NCBI RefSeq assembly: GCF_002105155.1
Contig: NW_019029016.1
Location: 1-64,000, forward strand
From: Lobosporangium transversale
Taxonomy: Eukaryota
DNA: 64,000 nucleotides
Direction: 5' to 3'
Positions 48,366-60,121 of this stretch are shown piece after piece. The position numbers and the translations under genes are program-made. Numbering within the stretch: the first letter of the stretch is position 1; every line of letters begins with the position of its first letter. The notes beneath the pieces were generated by a model that was given only the letters and a program-made list of their open reading frames with translations, was not told the origin of the DNA and ran no database searches.

Positions 48366-51300
48366 TCAGAGCGAACCAAAAACAGACGTCGTCAAATTTG
48401 AATTGGTTTTGCGGGAAACACGGTAGTGTTTGTTGAAAACCTTGTCAGACGACCAATTCCCTTGAACCATGATATCTTGGGTTGATACGCCAGCGATGGC
48501 TGCCAAGGTTGATCCTATAGCGCGTGGCTTTGGAGGAGGCCGTTTCGACGGAAGATTTGGAATTCGACGTGTGATTTCATTCATAAAAGTGCCTATGGTA
48601 CTGACCCTAAGGACTTTAGACTTGTCTTTCACAAAGCGCATAAGAGGATTGAATTTATAATCCTGATCTTTGTGGTGCTCGATTTCGAGAGGTGTGTCCG
48701 CTATCCGTCTGGTGTATTCTGTATAGGCCTCGACTGGGCAAATTTTCTTGTCGTTAGGGTGTCTACCTACGAAGATCGACTTTATGATGCGCTGCCCATC
48801 GCGTCGCTCCTTAGGGAAGACTATGGTAAGGAGAAGACCCTTTTCATCGGTCTCTGACTTTGACACATCGATGCAACCGATATCATCTGGCCGGAGAAAC
48901 GCACAAACGCCTAAGAGCCAGCAGAGCTTGCGAGAGAGCTTAGGCATATCAAGATCCACATTGTCCTCCATGCGGAAGTATGAAAGGATGGGTGAAATGT
49001 CGAGTGCGGATACGTGCTCCATTTGAAATACGCCAGTACTTTTCATTGCTGCCATGAACCGCTGAAAGTAGATATTGCCTGTGATCACGGATGTGTCGTC
49101 GTAAAGCTTTAAGATGGCTGATTTTTTGTTAAGAGTGGTATTCCTACTCCAAGAATAGATAATCCGCGCATGGCATAAATAGTTAACTACAGCAATTGCA
49201 TTTGGCGTACTAGGGTCGAAGCCTTCTTGTTGAGCCCATACTGCAAAAGCCTCTTGAGTTGGCAGATATTGTCGACGTGTTTTGCTGTTGGCACCTGCTG
49301 AATCTAGTAGAGTGATAGCGGATGGTGAGAGTCCTGCATCTAGATCTTTACGTCGCCTCTTATTCTCCATGCTGTCAATGACCAGAGTGGATTCTTGCTG
49401 AGGAGATCGCTTGCGCTTCCGACGGCTGGTAGGACTGCTTCCCGAGGGATCGGGATTGGTGGTGCTACTGCCATCTCCTTGATGGTTGGGAACCATATTG
49501 CACTCGGCCACCATGGGGTTATTACTGTTGCTGTCAGTTTCTGGGTCTGTATCCTCTCCAAGATGATTGATAGAAGATTCCATGGGGGGCAAATGTAAAG
49601 GTTGCCCATCTCTGTCCAGTTGTGTTGAAGGGCGTCTATCTTCAGAGCATCTGGATGGAATTTCCATGAGACAAATGTCGGTAGCTGTTTGTTCTGTGCC
49701 GACGCAAATAGGTCCACCTGATGTGGCCCCCATTGGTGTTCCAGTTGTTGAAAGAATGGGCGACTGATCCTCCATTCCAATTGCGATATCATTCGCCGTG
49801 ACGGTGCATCCGCTGGGTTGAATGCAGATGGGATGTATGTCGTCCGAAGTCGAGTCCCCGTTGCTAGGCAGTGACGCCATAACGTGTCCGCTAGTCTCAT
49901 TAGTTCCGGAGACCTCGTCCCTCCGAACCTGTTGATGTGTGCAATCGTTGTCGTGTTGTCGCATATGATGTTGATCATTTTGCCCTGTGTTATTGGTAGT
50001 TGAACAGCTCGAAGAACTGTCTGTAGTTCCTTCCAGTTGATGTGGTGGTCTTTCTCTTGTGGAGTCCATTTGCCACTCCATGTTTGATTGTTGATCACGA
50101 TCCCCCATCCGGTGTCCGATGCATCCGTGTATATGTCCATTTGTGTCTGTTGTTGAATCCATGACAGACCATTCCATGACGTCAATTGCTCCTTCCACCA
50201 TTGAAGGTTCTCCTTGGCTGGTTCCGTGAGGGTGACCGTGTCCGACCAAGAAGCTCCCTTGGCTTTTAGTGCTGTGTTCTTGAGGTGAAGCAGATTCCGT
50301 GTCATGAATCGCGCTGGGAACACTGCCATAGATGTTGCCATTGCTTTCCCGACGAACGAAGAAAGTTCCCTTAAAGAAGTGGCGCCTTTTCGTAGTAGCT
50401 TTCCTGCCTCGCGCCGTATGTCCCTGACTTTGGATTTCGGAACTGTGACAGTCATATCCCGGGAGTTGATGGTGAAGCCTAAATGGTCTATTTTCTGTGA
50501 CGGGATCAACGTAGACTTGGCTTCCTTGATGAGGAATCCTAGCGCTGCCAACTTGTCTTGCACTAGTTGAGTGAACTGGATTGATTGTTCTTTGTTCTTG
50601 GCTAGGATTATCAAATCGTCTAGGTACGCTGATATGCGAATTCCTCGTCGTCGTGCCCATTTGAGGAAAGGCTTGAGAACTTTGGTGAACACTAGCGGAG
50701 AGAGTGAGAGCCCGAAGGGAAGTGTACGGAATTGAAATTTCCGGTTCTTCCATTGGAACTGTAGATAATGACGATAATCTGGATGGATTAGTACGTGAAG
50801 AAATGCGTCTGATAGGTCGATGCTTGTCATAAAGTCGTTCTTCTGTAACATTGCGCATACTGTCGTCATCGTCTCCATTTTGAAGTGCCGCTCTGAGACG
50901 TAGGCATTCAACGGTCTTAGATTTAAGACTGGACGAATGTCCCCGGTTTTCTTGGGGATAGTGAATATTCGGCTCTTGAAACCAGGGCCCGAAGCGACCT
51001 CTATTGCTCTTTTGGCTAAGAGTGCGATTACCTCTTGATCGATCGCCTTCTCTTCCTCCGCTGCTACTCGAGCTTGGTACGCTGTTGAACTGGATATCGG
51101 TGGCCGTTTGTGGAAAGGGATTTTGAATCCCTCGGAGACGACCGACTTGACCCATTCGTTGTCGGTTATGAGAGCCCATGCTTCTCTGTAAATCTGTAAA
51201 CGGCCACCTACTGCTGGCCTGCAGTCTGTGCCTGACTTGTCTGGTTGGATTGAGGGGTTTGGTAGCCTCGGCCTCGGCCTCGTCCCCCTCTCCTTGGATT

Positions 51301-52121
51301 TTGGCCTCGCCCAAAAAAAGAACCATTGTCATTTTGATAGTGGGCGGTCTGAGTTTGACCCGATGGATGAGATTGGCTAGAATTAGAAGTGGGTCTGTAA
51401 GTATTTGCGCTAAAGAAACTCCGGTTTTGAGTCCTCCTGTTGTACGCCCGTTGTCTTGTCGGGTTAGTAGCCTGACGAACACTCTTTGCCAATTTGCTGG
51501 CTTCAATGAAGTCTGAAGTAGAGACAATTGGTGGATCAACTGTGTCCTTGGTGACTGAAATTTTGTGCGCTTGGTAAACAAGGTCCTCCCTGTCGCTTGA
51601 CATTTGCTGTGCAAGGTGTGCAATATGTTCACGCATTGTCTGTGCGAGCTGTAAACACGCTTGTGCGACCGCAGGGTCAACTTCGTAGGAAAACATTTCC
51701 GTGGCAAATTGATCAAGTGGTCTTGTAAGGTTTGCCAATCGTGATTGATAGCGTGAGATTGTTTTGTCCATGGAACTGTGGTGAGAGGAAGAGTCGGGCC
51801 AGTCAATGAGTGCCGATTTGGGTGCAGAATAGGTTTGGGTTGTGTTTTTGGCAAAAGACTGCATCTCTTTAGCCATTTCTGTTGCATATGCAAGATCGTC
51901 TGCACGGTTTCCAGATTTATGTTTGAAAAAATCTTTCCCGTCCATTGCTGGGTAGTGGACGAGAATGGAGTCGTCAGGTGTAATTTCGTAAGCTGGTTCT
52001 TTTGGAACCAAGTAGGGGTTCGATCGACTGGATTCAGAGCTAGTCGAGAGAGCCTCAAGCCGGCTGGTGAGTGTAGCCAGCTGGCTCTGGAGAGAGTGTA
52101 TAATTGGATCAGAAGTGTCAT
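48366..52121 (-). CDS. 1251-aa ORF with C-terminal tyrosine recombinase; N-terminal ~920 aa overprint gag and pol
   Basis: FLRPDDI, PKERR, ICPVEAY, KPRAIGST, GNWSS, FNKHY; true start uncertain (alternative ATG at 51179). Confidence 0.85.
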   Translation of the reverse strand: MTLLIQLYTLSRASWLHSPAGLRLSRLALNPVDRTPTWFQKNQLTKLHLTTPFSSTTQQWTGKIFSNINLETVQTILHMQQKWLKRCSLLPKTQPKPILHPNRHSLTGPTLPLTTVPWTKQSHAINHDWQTLQDHLINLPRKCFPTKLTLRSHKRVYSSHRQCVNILHTLHSKCQATGRTLFTKRTKFQSPRTQLIHQLSLLQTSLKPANWQRVFVRLLTRQDNGRTTGGLKTGVSLAQILTDPLLILANLIHRVKLRPPTIKMTMVLFLGEAKIQGEGDEAEAEATKPLNPTRQVRHRLQASSRWPFTDLQRSMGSHNRQRMGQVGRLRGIQNPFPQTATDIQFNSVPSSSSSGGREGDRSRGNRTLSQKSNRGRFGPWFQEPNIHYPQENRGHSSSLKSKTVECLRLRAALQNGDDDDSMRNVTEERLYDKHRPIRRISSRTNPSRLSSLSTVPMEEPEISIPYTSLRALTLSASVHQSSQAFPQMGTTTRNSHISVPRRFDNPSQEQRTINPVHSTSARQVGSARIPHQGSQVYVDPVTENRPFRLHHQLPGYDCHSSEIQSQGHTARGRKATTKRRHFFKGTFFVRRESNGNIYGSVPSAIHDTESASPQEHSTKSQGSFLVGHGHPHGTSQGEPSMVEGAIDVMEWSVMDSTTDTNGHIHGCIGHRMGDRDQQSNMEWQMDSTRERPPHQLEGTTDSSSSCSTTNNTGQNDQHHMRQHDNDCTHQQVRRDEVSGTNETSGHVMASLPSNGDSTSDDIHPICIQPSGCTVTANDIAIGMEDQSPILSTTGTPMGATSGGPICVGTEQTATDICLMEIPSRCSEDRRPSTQLDRDGQPLHLPPMESSINHLGEDTDPETDSNSNNPMVAECNMVPNHQGDGSSTTNPDPSGSSPTSRRKRKRSPQQESTLVIDSMENKRRRKDLDAGLSPSAITLLDSAGANSKTRRQYLPTQEAFAVWAQQEGFDPSTPNAIAVVNYLCHARIIYSWSRNTTLNKKSAILKLYDDTSVITGNIYFQRFMAAMKSTGVFQMEHVSALDISPILSYFRMEDNVDLDMPKLSRKLCWLLGVCAFLRPDDIGCIDVSKSETDEKGLLLTIVFPKERRDGQRIIKSIFVGRHPNDKKICPVEAYTEYTRRIADTPLEIEHHKDQDYKFNPLMRFVKDKSKVLRVSTIGTFMNEITRRIPNLPSKRPPPKPRAIGSTLAAIAGVSTQDIMVQGNWSSDKVFNKHYRVSRKTNSNLTTSVFGSL
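49340..51215 (-). CDS. pol: DIRS pol: RT, RNase H and N6-adenine-methyltransferase-like domain
   Basis: IDLSDAF, LPFGL, YLDD, YTDAS, HINWKEL, CDN, NPADAPSR, DLFAS...YICPPW; the frame extends upstream to VGGR at the gag stop. Confidence 0.93.
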
Positions 52122-52131
52122 ACTCGCTCAT
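51208..52131 (-). CDS. gag: DIRS gag-like protein
   Basis: First ORF after the ITR (ATG at 52131); YSAP..DWP..TRPLD shared with the second gag; RG-rich tail. Confidence 0.85.
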   Translation of the reverse strand: MSEYDTSDPIIHSLQSQLATLTSRLEALSTSSESSRSNPYLVPKEPAYEITPDDSILVHYPAMDGKDFFKHKSGNRADDLAYATEMAKEMQSFAKNTTQTYSAPKSALIDWPDSSSHHSSMDKTISRYQSRLANLTRPLDQFATEMFSYEVDPAVAQACLQLAQTMREHIAHLAQQMSSDREDLVYQAHKISVTKDTVDPPIVSTSDFIEASKLAKSVRQATNPTRQRAYNRRTQNRSFFSANTYRPTSNSSQSHPSGQTQTAHYQNDNGSFFGRGQNPRRGGRGRGRGYQTPQSNQTSQAQTAGQQ

Positions 52132-52489
52132 TTGGAACTTCAATACGCTGGATGTGTTCCTGAGCGAGAAAAAAGAAGATAGAGAGTAGATCAGAGCGAA
52201 CGCTAGATTTTATTTATTTTATTTTTAGTTTTTTCTCGGTCAGAAGGAATAAAAAGAGGTCACACATATGGACCATGGCTACGAGGATAATTACTCATAA
52301 TGTACCCTCGAATAGAGAGTTCATCCTGCAAAACCCAAACTTGTCCACAAATGGAAAGATGGTTATAACATCCAAGCAACAGAATCCAGTGACCCTTGTA
52401 AAAATCAGCTTCTACAATATTTTTCATTCTTTTTTTTTCTCTATCTTCTCTTTTATGTGGCAGCCAAAAAAGGTGACTTCAAAAAGGCG

Positions 52490-53390
52490 AAGTGAATGGC
52501 GGGCAAAGAATAAAGGGTTGTGCTCTCCGTTGCATGGTCTCGCAGCATCTGCACAAAAAAAAAACTTTTTTTTGCCTTGTGAGAGCACGAGCAAAACTAG
52601 CAAAAATAAAATAATGTGTCTGACTGCATAAAGTGCACTCATAAAGACGAATAAAATATCATCTCTGTACACACCAAAAAGGTCACGTCTACAATGTACG
52701 ATGCGAACGTATATATCGTCGATATTTTGAACCTGACCCCTTGCTCCACTGTCCCAATTCTTCCACATATCTCATCACTTTGAACCTTCACTTGCTTTTA
52801 TTTTCATTTTTCTCAAATTTCAACATTACGGTTACCACTTTTATCTGGCACACGTTTATCTTTGTCGTCTGCTCCATCTTCCGCTCTATTTATGGCGATT
52901 CAAACTATTTGAAGCCTGTTTCCCAACTAGGAGGAACCACGTCGGGTGTGAAACGGGCCATTAAAGCACCCCAAGCCTGGCGAGCTGTGGAGGTTGAAGA
53001 GAAGTTGCGAGCACAACATGTGGAGGGGAGAAGAAGAGAGGAAAGGAAGGAAGCAAGACTTAAAACTGCAGCTGAGCTTGGATGTAGTGTTTGCTTGAAC
53101 ACAAGCCGCTCTTTGAAGTTTTTTCTGAAGCAATGACTCAAGGAGATCAAAAGGTTGCTTTTATTATTGTTGCCAGGTGGGCGCCTTTTATTATCTCGCC
53201 ATGACCGCCACAGAATGTTCTGACCCTATAAAAAAAAAAAAAAAAAAAATAGAGATGCCACTGAGGTGTATCCTCGAGCCTCGGTACGTAATATTCTTCT
53301 CGGTAAGAGTGTATTTGCCCTATTCCAAGGACAGCCAAGCCCAGGTTCTCGGGAGAGCGGAGACCAGGAACATCCCGGCTGCTTCTCTAA
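52490..53390 (+). mobile_element. Fragment of the Helitron 5' region with passenger gene remnant
   Basis: 52500-52720 resembles 3255-3400; RSIYGDSNYLK...TSGVKRAI...LGCSVCLNT matches ORF 15950-16771. Confidence 0.65.
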
Positions 53391-53399
53391 CACCAGGTC

Positions 53400-54640
53400 C
53401 AAATCTGATTGATGCTGCTATGGCTTATCCAACTGCTTATATGGATACGCTCTCCAAGGAGTACTCGGCATTGAACACCACCAACACAATCGATAGATAT
53501 GAGGAGCTTGAAGGGGCTGATCTCCGACAGCTGGACACATTTCTTCGAATCATCGATGAGGATAGGAAACTCGGCAACTTGTACAGGACAATGACGGAAC
53601 CAGGTCGTGTCAAATGAGTTTGTTTTGAACACTCTTGTTGGACAAAAAAAGAAACAGAACAGAAAGCGTTTGAAAATGTAGTGAAGACGAATGGAGGAAA
53701 ATATGACTCGTAGTTTGAACCTGGTTATCACATTGGGATCAAAAACCAGAGCTGAAGAATTTTTCGACGCGCTGGCCATTGCAAGACGCGTTTACGAGCT
53801 AGATATAACACTCAGCTGGCAATGGACAAAGACTGACCTTGAATCATTCGAGAAAGCACTCAAGACATCTAGTGTATCAATTCTTCGACTTGATCCTGGG
53901 GAGTTTCAGAAAAGCGCAACCAGAAAAACACTTTTGACATCTTCACGATATGAAGTACTTGTTCGCATCATGGAGATTGGCAACATGAAGGCTATTCATA
54001 TTGCTCTACCTCCAGACCTCACAAAGTTTTCGTATTTGCAGCCCAGAAGATCGTCACAGCTTCATCAGCTATCCTTTAAGATACAACCTCAATCGATCGG
54101 AGCTGGTGTATATCGAGTACCTACAAATTCACTCAAGTTCAACACAACTTTGACCGCCCTGGACCTGAGAGATAACTTTATTGGGAAAGAAGGAGCTCTG
54201 GTGCTATCCAAGGCATTAAAGACGAACACGACATTGACCACTTTGAACTTGCGCGGTAATTCGACCGGGAAAGAAGAAACTCTGGAGTTGTCTAAGGCAC
54301 TAACGACGAATACAACGTTGGCCACTTTGGATCTGAGCCATAACTCAATTGGAATAGAAGGAGTTGAAGCACTCTCAGAAGCACTTAAGGCAAACAGGGC
54401 TTTGGCCGCCTTGAACTTACTCGATAACTCAATCGAAAAAGAAGCTCTGATGCTGTCAGAGGCACTCAAGGCTAACACAACTTTGACCATTCTCGACCTG
54501 GAGTATGAGCCTTTTGCAAAAGAGGAACTCTGGTGCTATCAAGGACCAATATCACATTAACCGGTCTGGACTTTATTAATAAATTGATCGGGGATGAAGG
54601 AGCTTTGGCACTAGCTATAGCACTCAGGCTGCCAGGACGC
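53400..54640 (+). pseudogene. RI-like LRR gene, 3' fragment, disrupted
   Basis: EGADLRQL...LGNLYR then a stop at 53615; 28-aa LRRs (TLTALDLRDNFIGKEGALVLSKALKTN); frameshift near 54520. Confidence 0.75.
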
Positions 54641-55139
54641 AAGCACTGCTTCCCCTCATAGTTTCAAATCACTGAAGTGCTCTTTCGTGTCAACTCAAAC
54701 AAATTTCTCCCTTCAACATATTCATCTTGTATTCTTGTAGATGTGCGAATAAAAGGAGTACTCTCCCTTAATATACATATCCCTGGTCCGCCGCTACAAC
54801 GCAAGCAAAAGCAATACATGGACTTTATTGGAGTATGCGAACTACGGAGTGGTGGGCTTTGGCTCTCTTCTTCTTTGTTGCTGCTTTGCTCTCACCTAAA
54901 GCATCTTGTATGTTGTTGAACATTGTTGAGAAACCTGCCATGGAGTTGGTTTCCCTTACCTATTAGCAGGTAGCAATAACAAGCCTGTGTTTACGGTGAT
55001 GGATCCTCATTCGACTCCATTTCTTCTTTGGATACCACATTAATATAGCAAGGATTCATGATATACATTATTCGTTACGTGAGCTCTGTAGCTTTATTTT
55101 CTTACGAGTATGCGAGCGAAGTTTAATGTCTCTCTCCAT

Positions 55140-55153
55140 CCATCGGATTATCC

Positions 55154-55185
<32 letters not shown>

Positions 55186-55313
55186 CGAATTAATAAGGAA
55201 AAGAAGGGACACGTTATAGGTCGGCTCCCTCGGATAATATGCTTTTCTCTTCATATTATTCGAGAACGCTTTGTAAAAGAAGTGACGCATTATTGGTCGG
55301 CTCCTGTGATAAT
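55140..55313. mobile_element. DIRS terminal-repeat remnant related to the 60119 element
   Basis: gcgaattaataaggaaaagaagggacacgttataggtcggctccc and aagaagtgacgcattattggtcggctcctgtgataat match the reverse complement of 60119-60175. Confidence 0.65.
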
Positions 55314-56849
55314 TGTCTGAAAATGTGATAGATCTGTGATTATGGTGAATGCAAATGTCCTCAAATAGGAATAGAAAATTAGTAGCGACAGTCAATAGCA
55401 AAGCCAATGGATTAAGCTGTGTCAGCTATTGATAGCAAGCTGCTCAGTAATATATTGCTAGCTATATTCTTACATTCACTCATCCACGGCCTTGAAGAGC
55501 AACCCAATCAAGCACATGAATACCTTAGTGGAGTTGTGGACGTGTATTGTTACAGGCGCCTACCGTGTTACAGTGCGTTCACATTTGCACTGTCTGTGCC
55601 CTCATTGACTACAGCAGTTAGTAAAGAAGATTATCTTCTTTACCCTCTTCTTCTTAATCCTCTTCTTCTTTCTTCACTCTTAACAAGAGATAGGATAGAC
55701 TATACTTTGACAGATTGCCGTGTGATAGAAGATAGCACATGACAATCCTCAAGATACCTCTGCACCTTTTAATTTTAATTTCTATATTTTCATGCAAGAC
55801 AATATGGAATATATAAAGATTAGTGATTAGCATTTATAGCTTCTTTGTTTGAAGGTAAAGTAAAGTATCAACGTTCATGTATCGACCAATAAAAGACATC
55901 CAACCGTGTCGAGGGAATGACGTGTTGTATATCTCCTTGGCGTTCCGAAAATTAAAAAAAAAGGAAAAGTCTGTTCGAACAAAAATTGCTAAAGCACAGT
56001 TCCCACGATATACACAAACGACATGGCATACACGTGGGTATCAACAGTATCAACATTTCCACGAGCAACGCTGCTTTATGAGCCCTCTTTAGTGCTATAC
56101 CATGCTGCCTTGGCCATCTTTTGTCCACTTGGTATTTCTCCACATTATTGTTGCACTGTCATCAAAGAGAGTACTATATAAAAGAAAGGGCAAAATTAGG
56201 GATAAATAATAAAAATGTACATGAAGGATAATACCGCCGCCTCGCACCATGATTGTATGGACATGACTAATATTGATGTGTGGCTGTTTGCTCTCAGAGA
56301 CAGGTTGCCATCATTCATGTGGCATTTGGAGGTAAAAAAGGTCAATTTTATCGAGATGGACAATGTCTGTGTCCCTTGTCTGCTGTGTGAACATTCAGAT
56401 TCAAAATGGACTCTGACCAACCAGAAAAAAGAGTGTTCAAACAAACATCTGACTGAAGGTGTCATGGCGGAAAAATAAATGACATTGCGGCGTTCCCCTC
56501 TGAACGCGTTATCTCTTTAGATTTTCAATACTTACTTTATACTCATTCGTTTAATATTACAACCCACCCACCCACAATGACTTTCTTTATTGCTGGAGAA
56601 TGATAGCTATCATTATTTATTATTATTTAACATTTGGCAGCAGGATGCTCAGTTTCCTTTGCGTCGCTGTAAAATATCGTATCGACAACACAAATAGAAA
56701 CACAAAGTATAAAAAATCGATAGCTATAAAGGAAATAAAAATATGCTATACCAACTGAGCTATTCTCAAAAAGGGTCAACAGCCGAGTCGTTTGCCGAGA
56801 TCTAGGCAGCAGGTCACAGTCTGTCCAATCCTGATCCTAACTTTATTTC

Positions 56850-57926
56850 GCCTTCAAACAAAGAAGCTATAAATGCTAATCACTAATCTTTATATATTCC
56901 ATATTGTCTTGCATGAAAATATAGAAATTAAAATTAAAAGGCGCAGAGGTATCTTGAGGATTGTCATGTGCTATCTTCTATCAAACTCTGGAAAAACGGC
57001 AATCTGCCAAAGTATAATCCCCACATAGTCTATCCCATCTCTTGTTAAGAGTGAAGAAAGAGAATAGAAGAAGAGGATAAAGAAGATGGTCTCCTTTACT
57101 AACTGCTGTAGTCAATGAGGCCACAGACAGTGCAAATGTGAACGCACTGTAACACGGTAAGCGCCTGTAACAATACACGTCCACAACTCCACTAAGGTAT
57201 TCATGTGCTTGATTGGGTTGCTCTTCAAGGCCGTGGATGAGTGAATGTAAGTATATAACCAGCTATGTATTACCGAGTAGCTTGCTACCGATAGCTGGCA
57301 CAGCTTAATCCATTGGCTTTACTATTGATTATCGCTACCAACATTCTATTCCTATTTCGCATTCACAATAGTCATAGATCCATCACATTTTCAGACAAAA
57401 GACAAAGATCATTGTGTCTGATCTTGCCTTTTAATATTTATTGTTAATTGTTTACTATGCTGTGGTTTCCAAGCTGCATCCTGGCCCAAGAGTGGCGATG
57501 CCCATGGTACGTTTGCATGAACCGAACATTTCCTAGTCGGCTTGGATTCTTTTGATGTTGCTTTTTAGCATATTCTTTGATGGCGCCTTGGCTAACTGGC
57601 CTTGGAAACCTTGGTTGACTGGCCCTAGTGGCCTGGCTTTGGGTTAGCTTCCCTTGGTTGACTGCCTTTGATTATCGGGACTCTTATAGGTTGCCCTTGG
57701 TCGACTTTGGCTTTGGCTTTGGTAGTCTTTGATTTCCTTGATTGTAGCAAACTGTGTTTGATTAATTGTGGTTGCCTGGCTGCCTTCGATTGCTTTGACT
57801 AAGGTTTTCTGTCTTTAATTTTGCTGAGGCAGTCTCTAGCTGCTATGGCTGAGCCAACCGTCTACCGACTTTGGGCCTTGGCTGGTTTTCAATGAGGTTT
57901 CTTTTGGTTGAGTGGAGTGAGCTGGT

Positions 57927-57958
<32 letters not shown>

Positions 57959-58280
57959 GCAGTGACGTGACTGCTATCTGCTAATTTTTGGTTTCTGACT
58001 TTTGGTTCCTGGCTTCTGGCTTTTGACTTCTGGGTTCTGGATTCTGGCATTTGGCTTCTGGCTTCTTTCTGTCTTTTGGCTTCTGGCTTCGGTCTTTTGA
58101 CTTCCGGCTTCTGGCATTTGGCTTTTGGCTTTTGGCTTTTGGCTTCTGGCTTCTGGCTTCTGACTTTGGCTTCCGGCTTCTGGCTTCTGGCTTCTGGCTT
58201 CTGGCTTCGGGGGTTTTTTTTTTTTTTTTTTTTTTTTTTTCTTTTGAAGTTTTTATTCTTTTTTTTTTATTTTCATTTGA

Positions 58281-58318
<38 letters not shown>

Positions 58319-60121
58319 GTTTTTTGGGGGTTTTTATATGACCGTTGGCTGTTAACTGTTGGCCGTTGGCTGTTGGCTGTTGGCTGTTGGCTGTTGGTTA
58401 TTAGCTCTGAGGCTATTTCTCCAGGCGCTCTATGTTTCGGTTTTTATCTTTTTTTTTATCTTTTTTTTTTTTTTGTTCTTTGTTTTGTGTTTTGGTTATT
58501 TGCTTCTTTTTTTTTTTTTTTTTTCTGCTATTGGATGTTGGGTGTTGACTGCTGACTGCTGGCTCTTGATTATTGGCTTTCGGCCCTCGGCTGCTGTCTG
58601 CTTTCTGTTGGCCCTGCGCTCCTAGCCGCATTCGAAGCATGGTGCTCTTCGATCTAGTTTTATGCCTCAAGGCCCTCTACTCCCCTTATGACCCTTGCTC
58701 TCGCTTCTCCAAGCAGAGGTCTCATTGCAATAGTCTATCGAACGACTAGCCAATGAAGCCCTACTATGACCAGAGTACCTTTGGTTCAGACGGCAGGTAA
58801 CAGGTCACACAACATGACGCCTCTACGCCATGCACTACACACTACAGCCAGGCGCCTGGTGCAGCTTCGCTAATTGGGGTGATCTAAGTATGATGTCAGT
58901 AACAATGAACTATTTACTAAACACTATAGAGCTCCGAGTTGCCAAGATCCCACCTAAACAGAGAGAACAAAAGCAATGATAGAATCAAGTTAATATGCTC
59001 CTTGCTATGTATGCGCATGTATACTTACCTGAGGTGTTATCAGGCCTCGATAACACCTGATCCTGATCCTGGTCCTGATCCTGATCCTGCTGGAGGGGGG
59101 ACCTCCTTGAGGGCCGAGACTCGAGCTCTATAGGCCTAGTAAACAGGCCACTGCTACTGACTTACCATACTTGGATGACCACAACTGTGTGTCATCTGTT
59201 ACCTACGCGAAATCCCCAAAGGCACTCGGATCAAAGTAAGGTCCAGAGGCTAGAGGCTCTCTAGAGCTACTACAATGATCCCCCTTCAAGGAGTTGCGAG
59301 GGCTTGACGGAGGGGTCGGCGAAGGGGATCGGCGGGCAGGCGGGAGGATGGCCCGACGGAGGGCCCGGCGGGCTAGAGCCCAAGCGGATGAGCCTTTAAG
59401 GGAAGAAGACAAAAAAAAACACGCGTGGTTAGAATATTTGGTAATCAGAGCACAGCAGAGTACAGACAGAAAGTCACGACATGTACTCTAAAAGAAATTG
59501 TACTTACAGCTCCGCTTTCGCCCCATTTCGATAAGCACTGCATGGGTCCATTGCAGTCTTTGGGATGGTCGTCGGTGAGCATCCATCGGTAGTGTTTCTT
59601 ATGATGACCAGAAGGGCAAAGGTAAAAGGATAGGAATAAGTTAATGGACCTGCTGGACTCATTTAGCAATAGCTAAACAGTGGATGATGATAGGCAAGAC
59701 AAAGCGAAGGCATGCATATGCTAGATACTTACTTGATGACGGCTCTATAGTGGATTGTATTTCACGCCTGGGATAGAGCATTTTTTATGGCCTAAGTATG
59801 GCTTTTGTAAGGCATGTGAAGGGGAGGTGGAGAGAATGAGAGTGAAGAGAGAAAAAAGAAAAGAAAAGTTGGGGGGAGACGAAGGGTTTTTCTTTTTGTG
59901 TCGTCCATATGATGTTTTACAGCAACACAAAGGAAACTTGGTATCCCACTGCCAGAGATATTAAATAATAATAATAATAATACTAATAATATTCATCATA
60001 TGTCAGCGGTAAAGAAAGCCATTGTGGAGTAAAATAGTAAGCGAATGAGCGAGTAAAAAATAAATATTTAAAATGTAAAGAGATAACGCGTTAAGAGGGT
60101 AATACCACAAAATTATTTATT
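56850..60121 (+). repeat. Repeat R copy D (most complete; lacks the Helitron insertion)
   Basis: Reverse complement of 20490->17246 plus 10416->10357; retains segments (~58630-58668, ~59310-59358) missing in A/B/C. Confidence 0.9.

Larger units (their letters stand above)
48085..52291 (-). mobile_element. Full-length DIRS1-type tyrosine-recombinase retrotransposon
   Basis: ITRs 48121-48235 / 52177-52291, 3' extension 48085-48120, ICR ~48270-48364 complementary to both termini with an ATT overlap; intact gag, pol and YR. Confidence 0.95.

Noticed and set aside
48366..49340. Tyrosine recombinase as a Starship captain, Crypton or prophage integrase
   Set aside because: It sits with gag, RT/RNase H, ITRs and an ICR, which defines a DIRS element.
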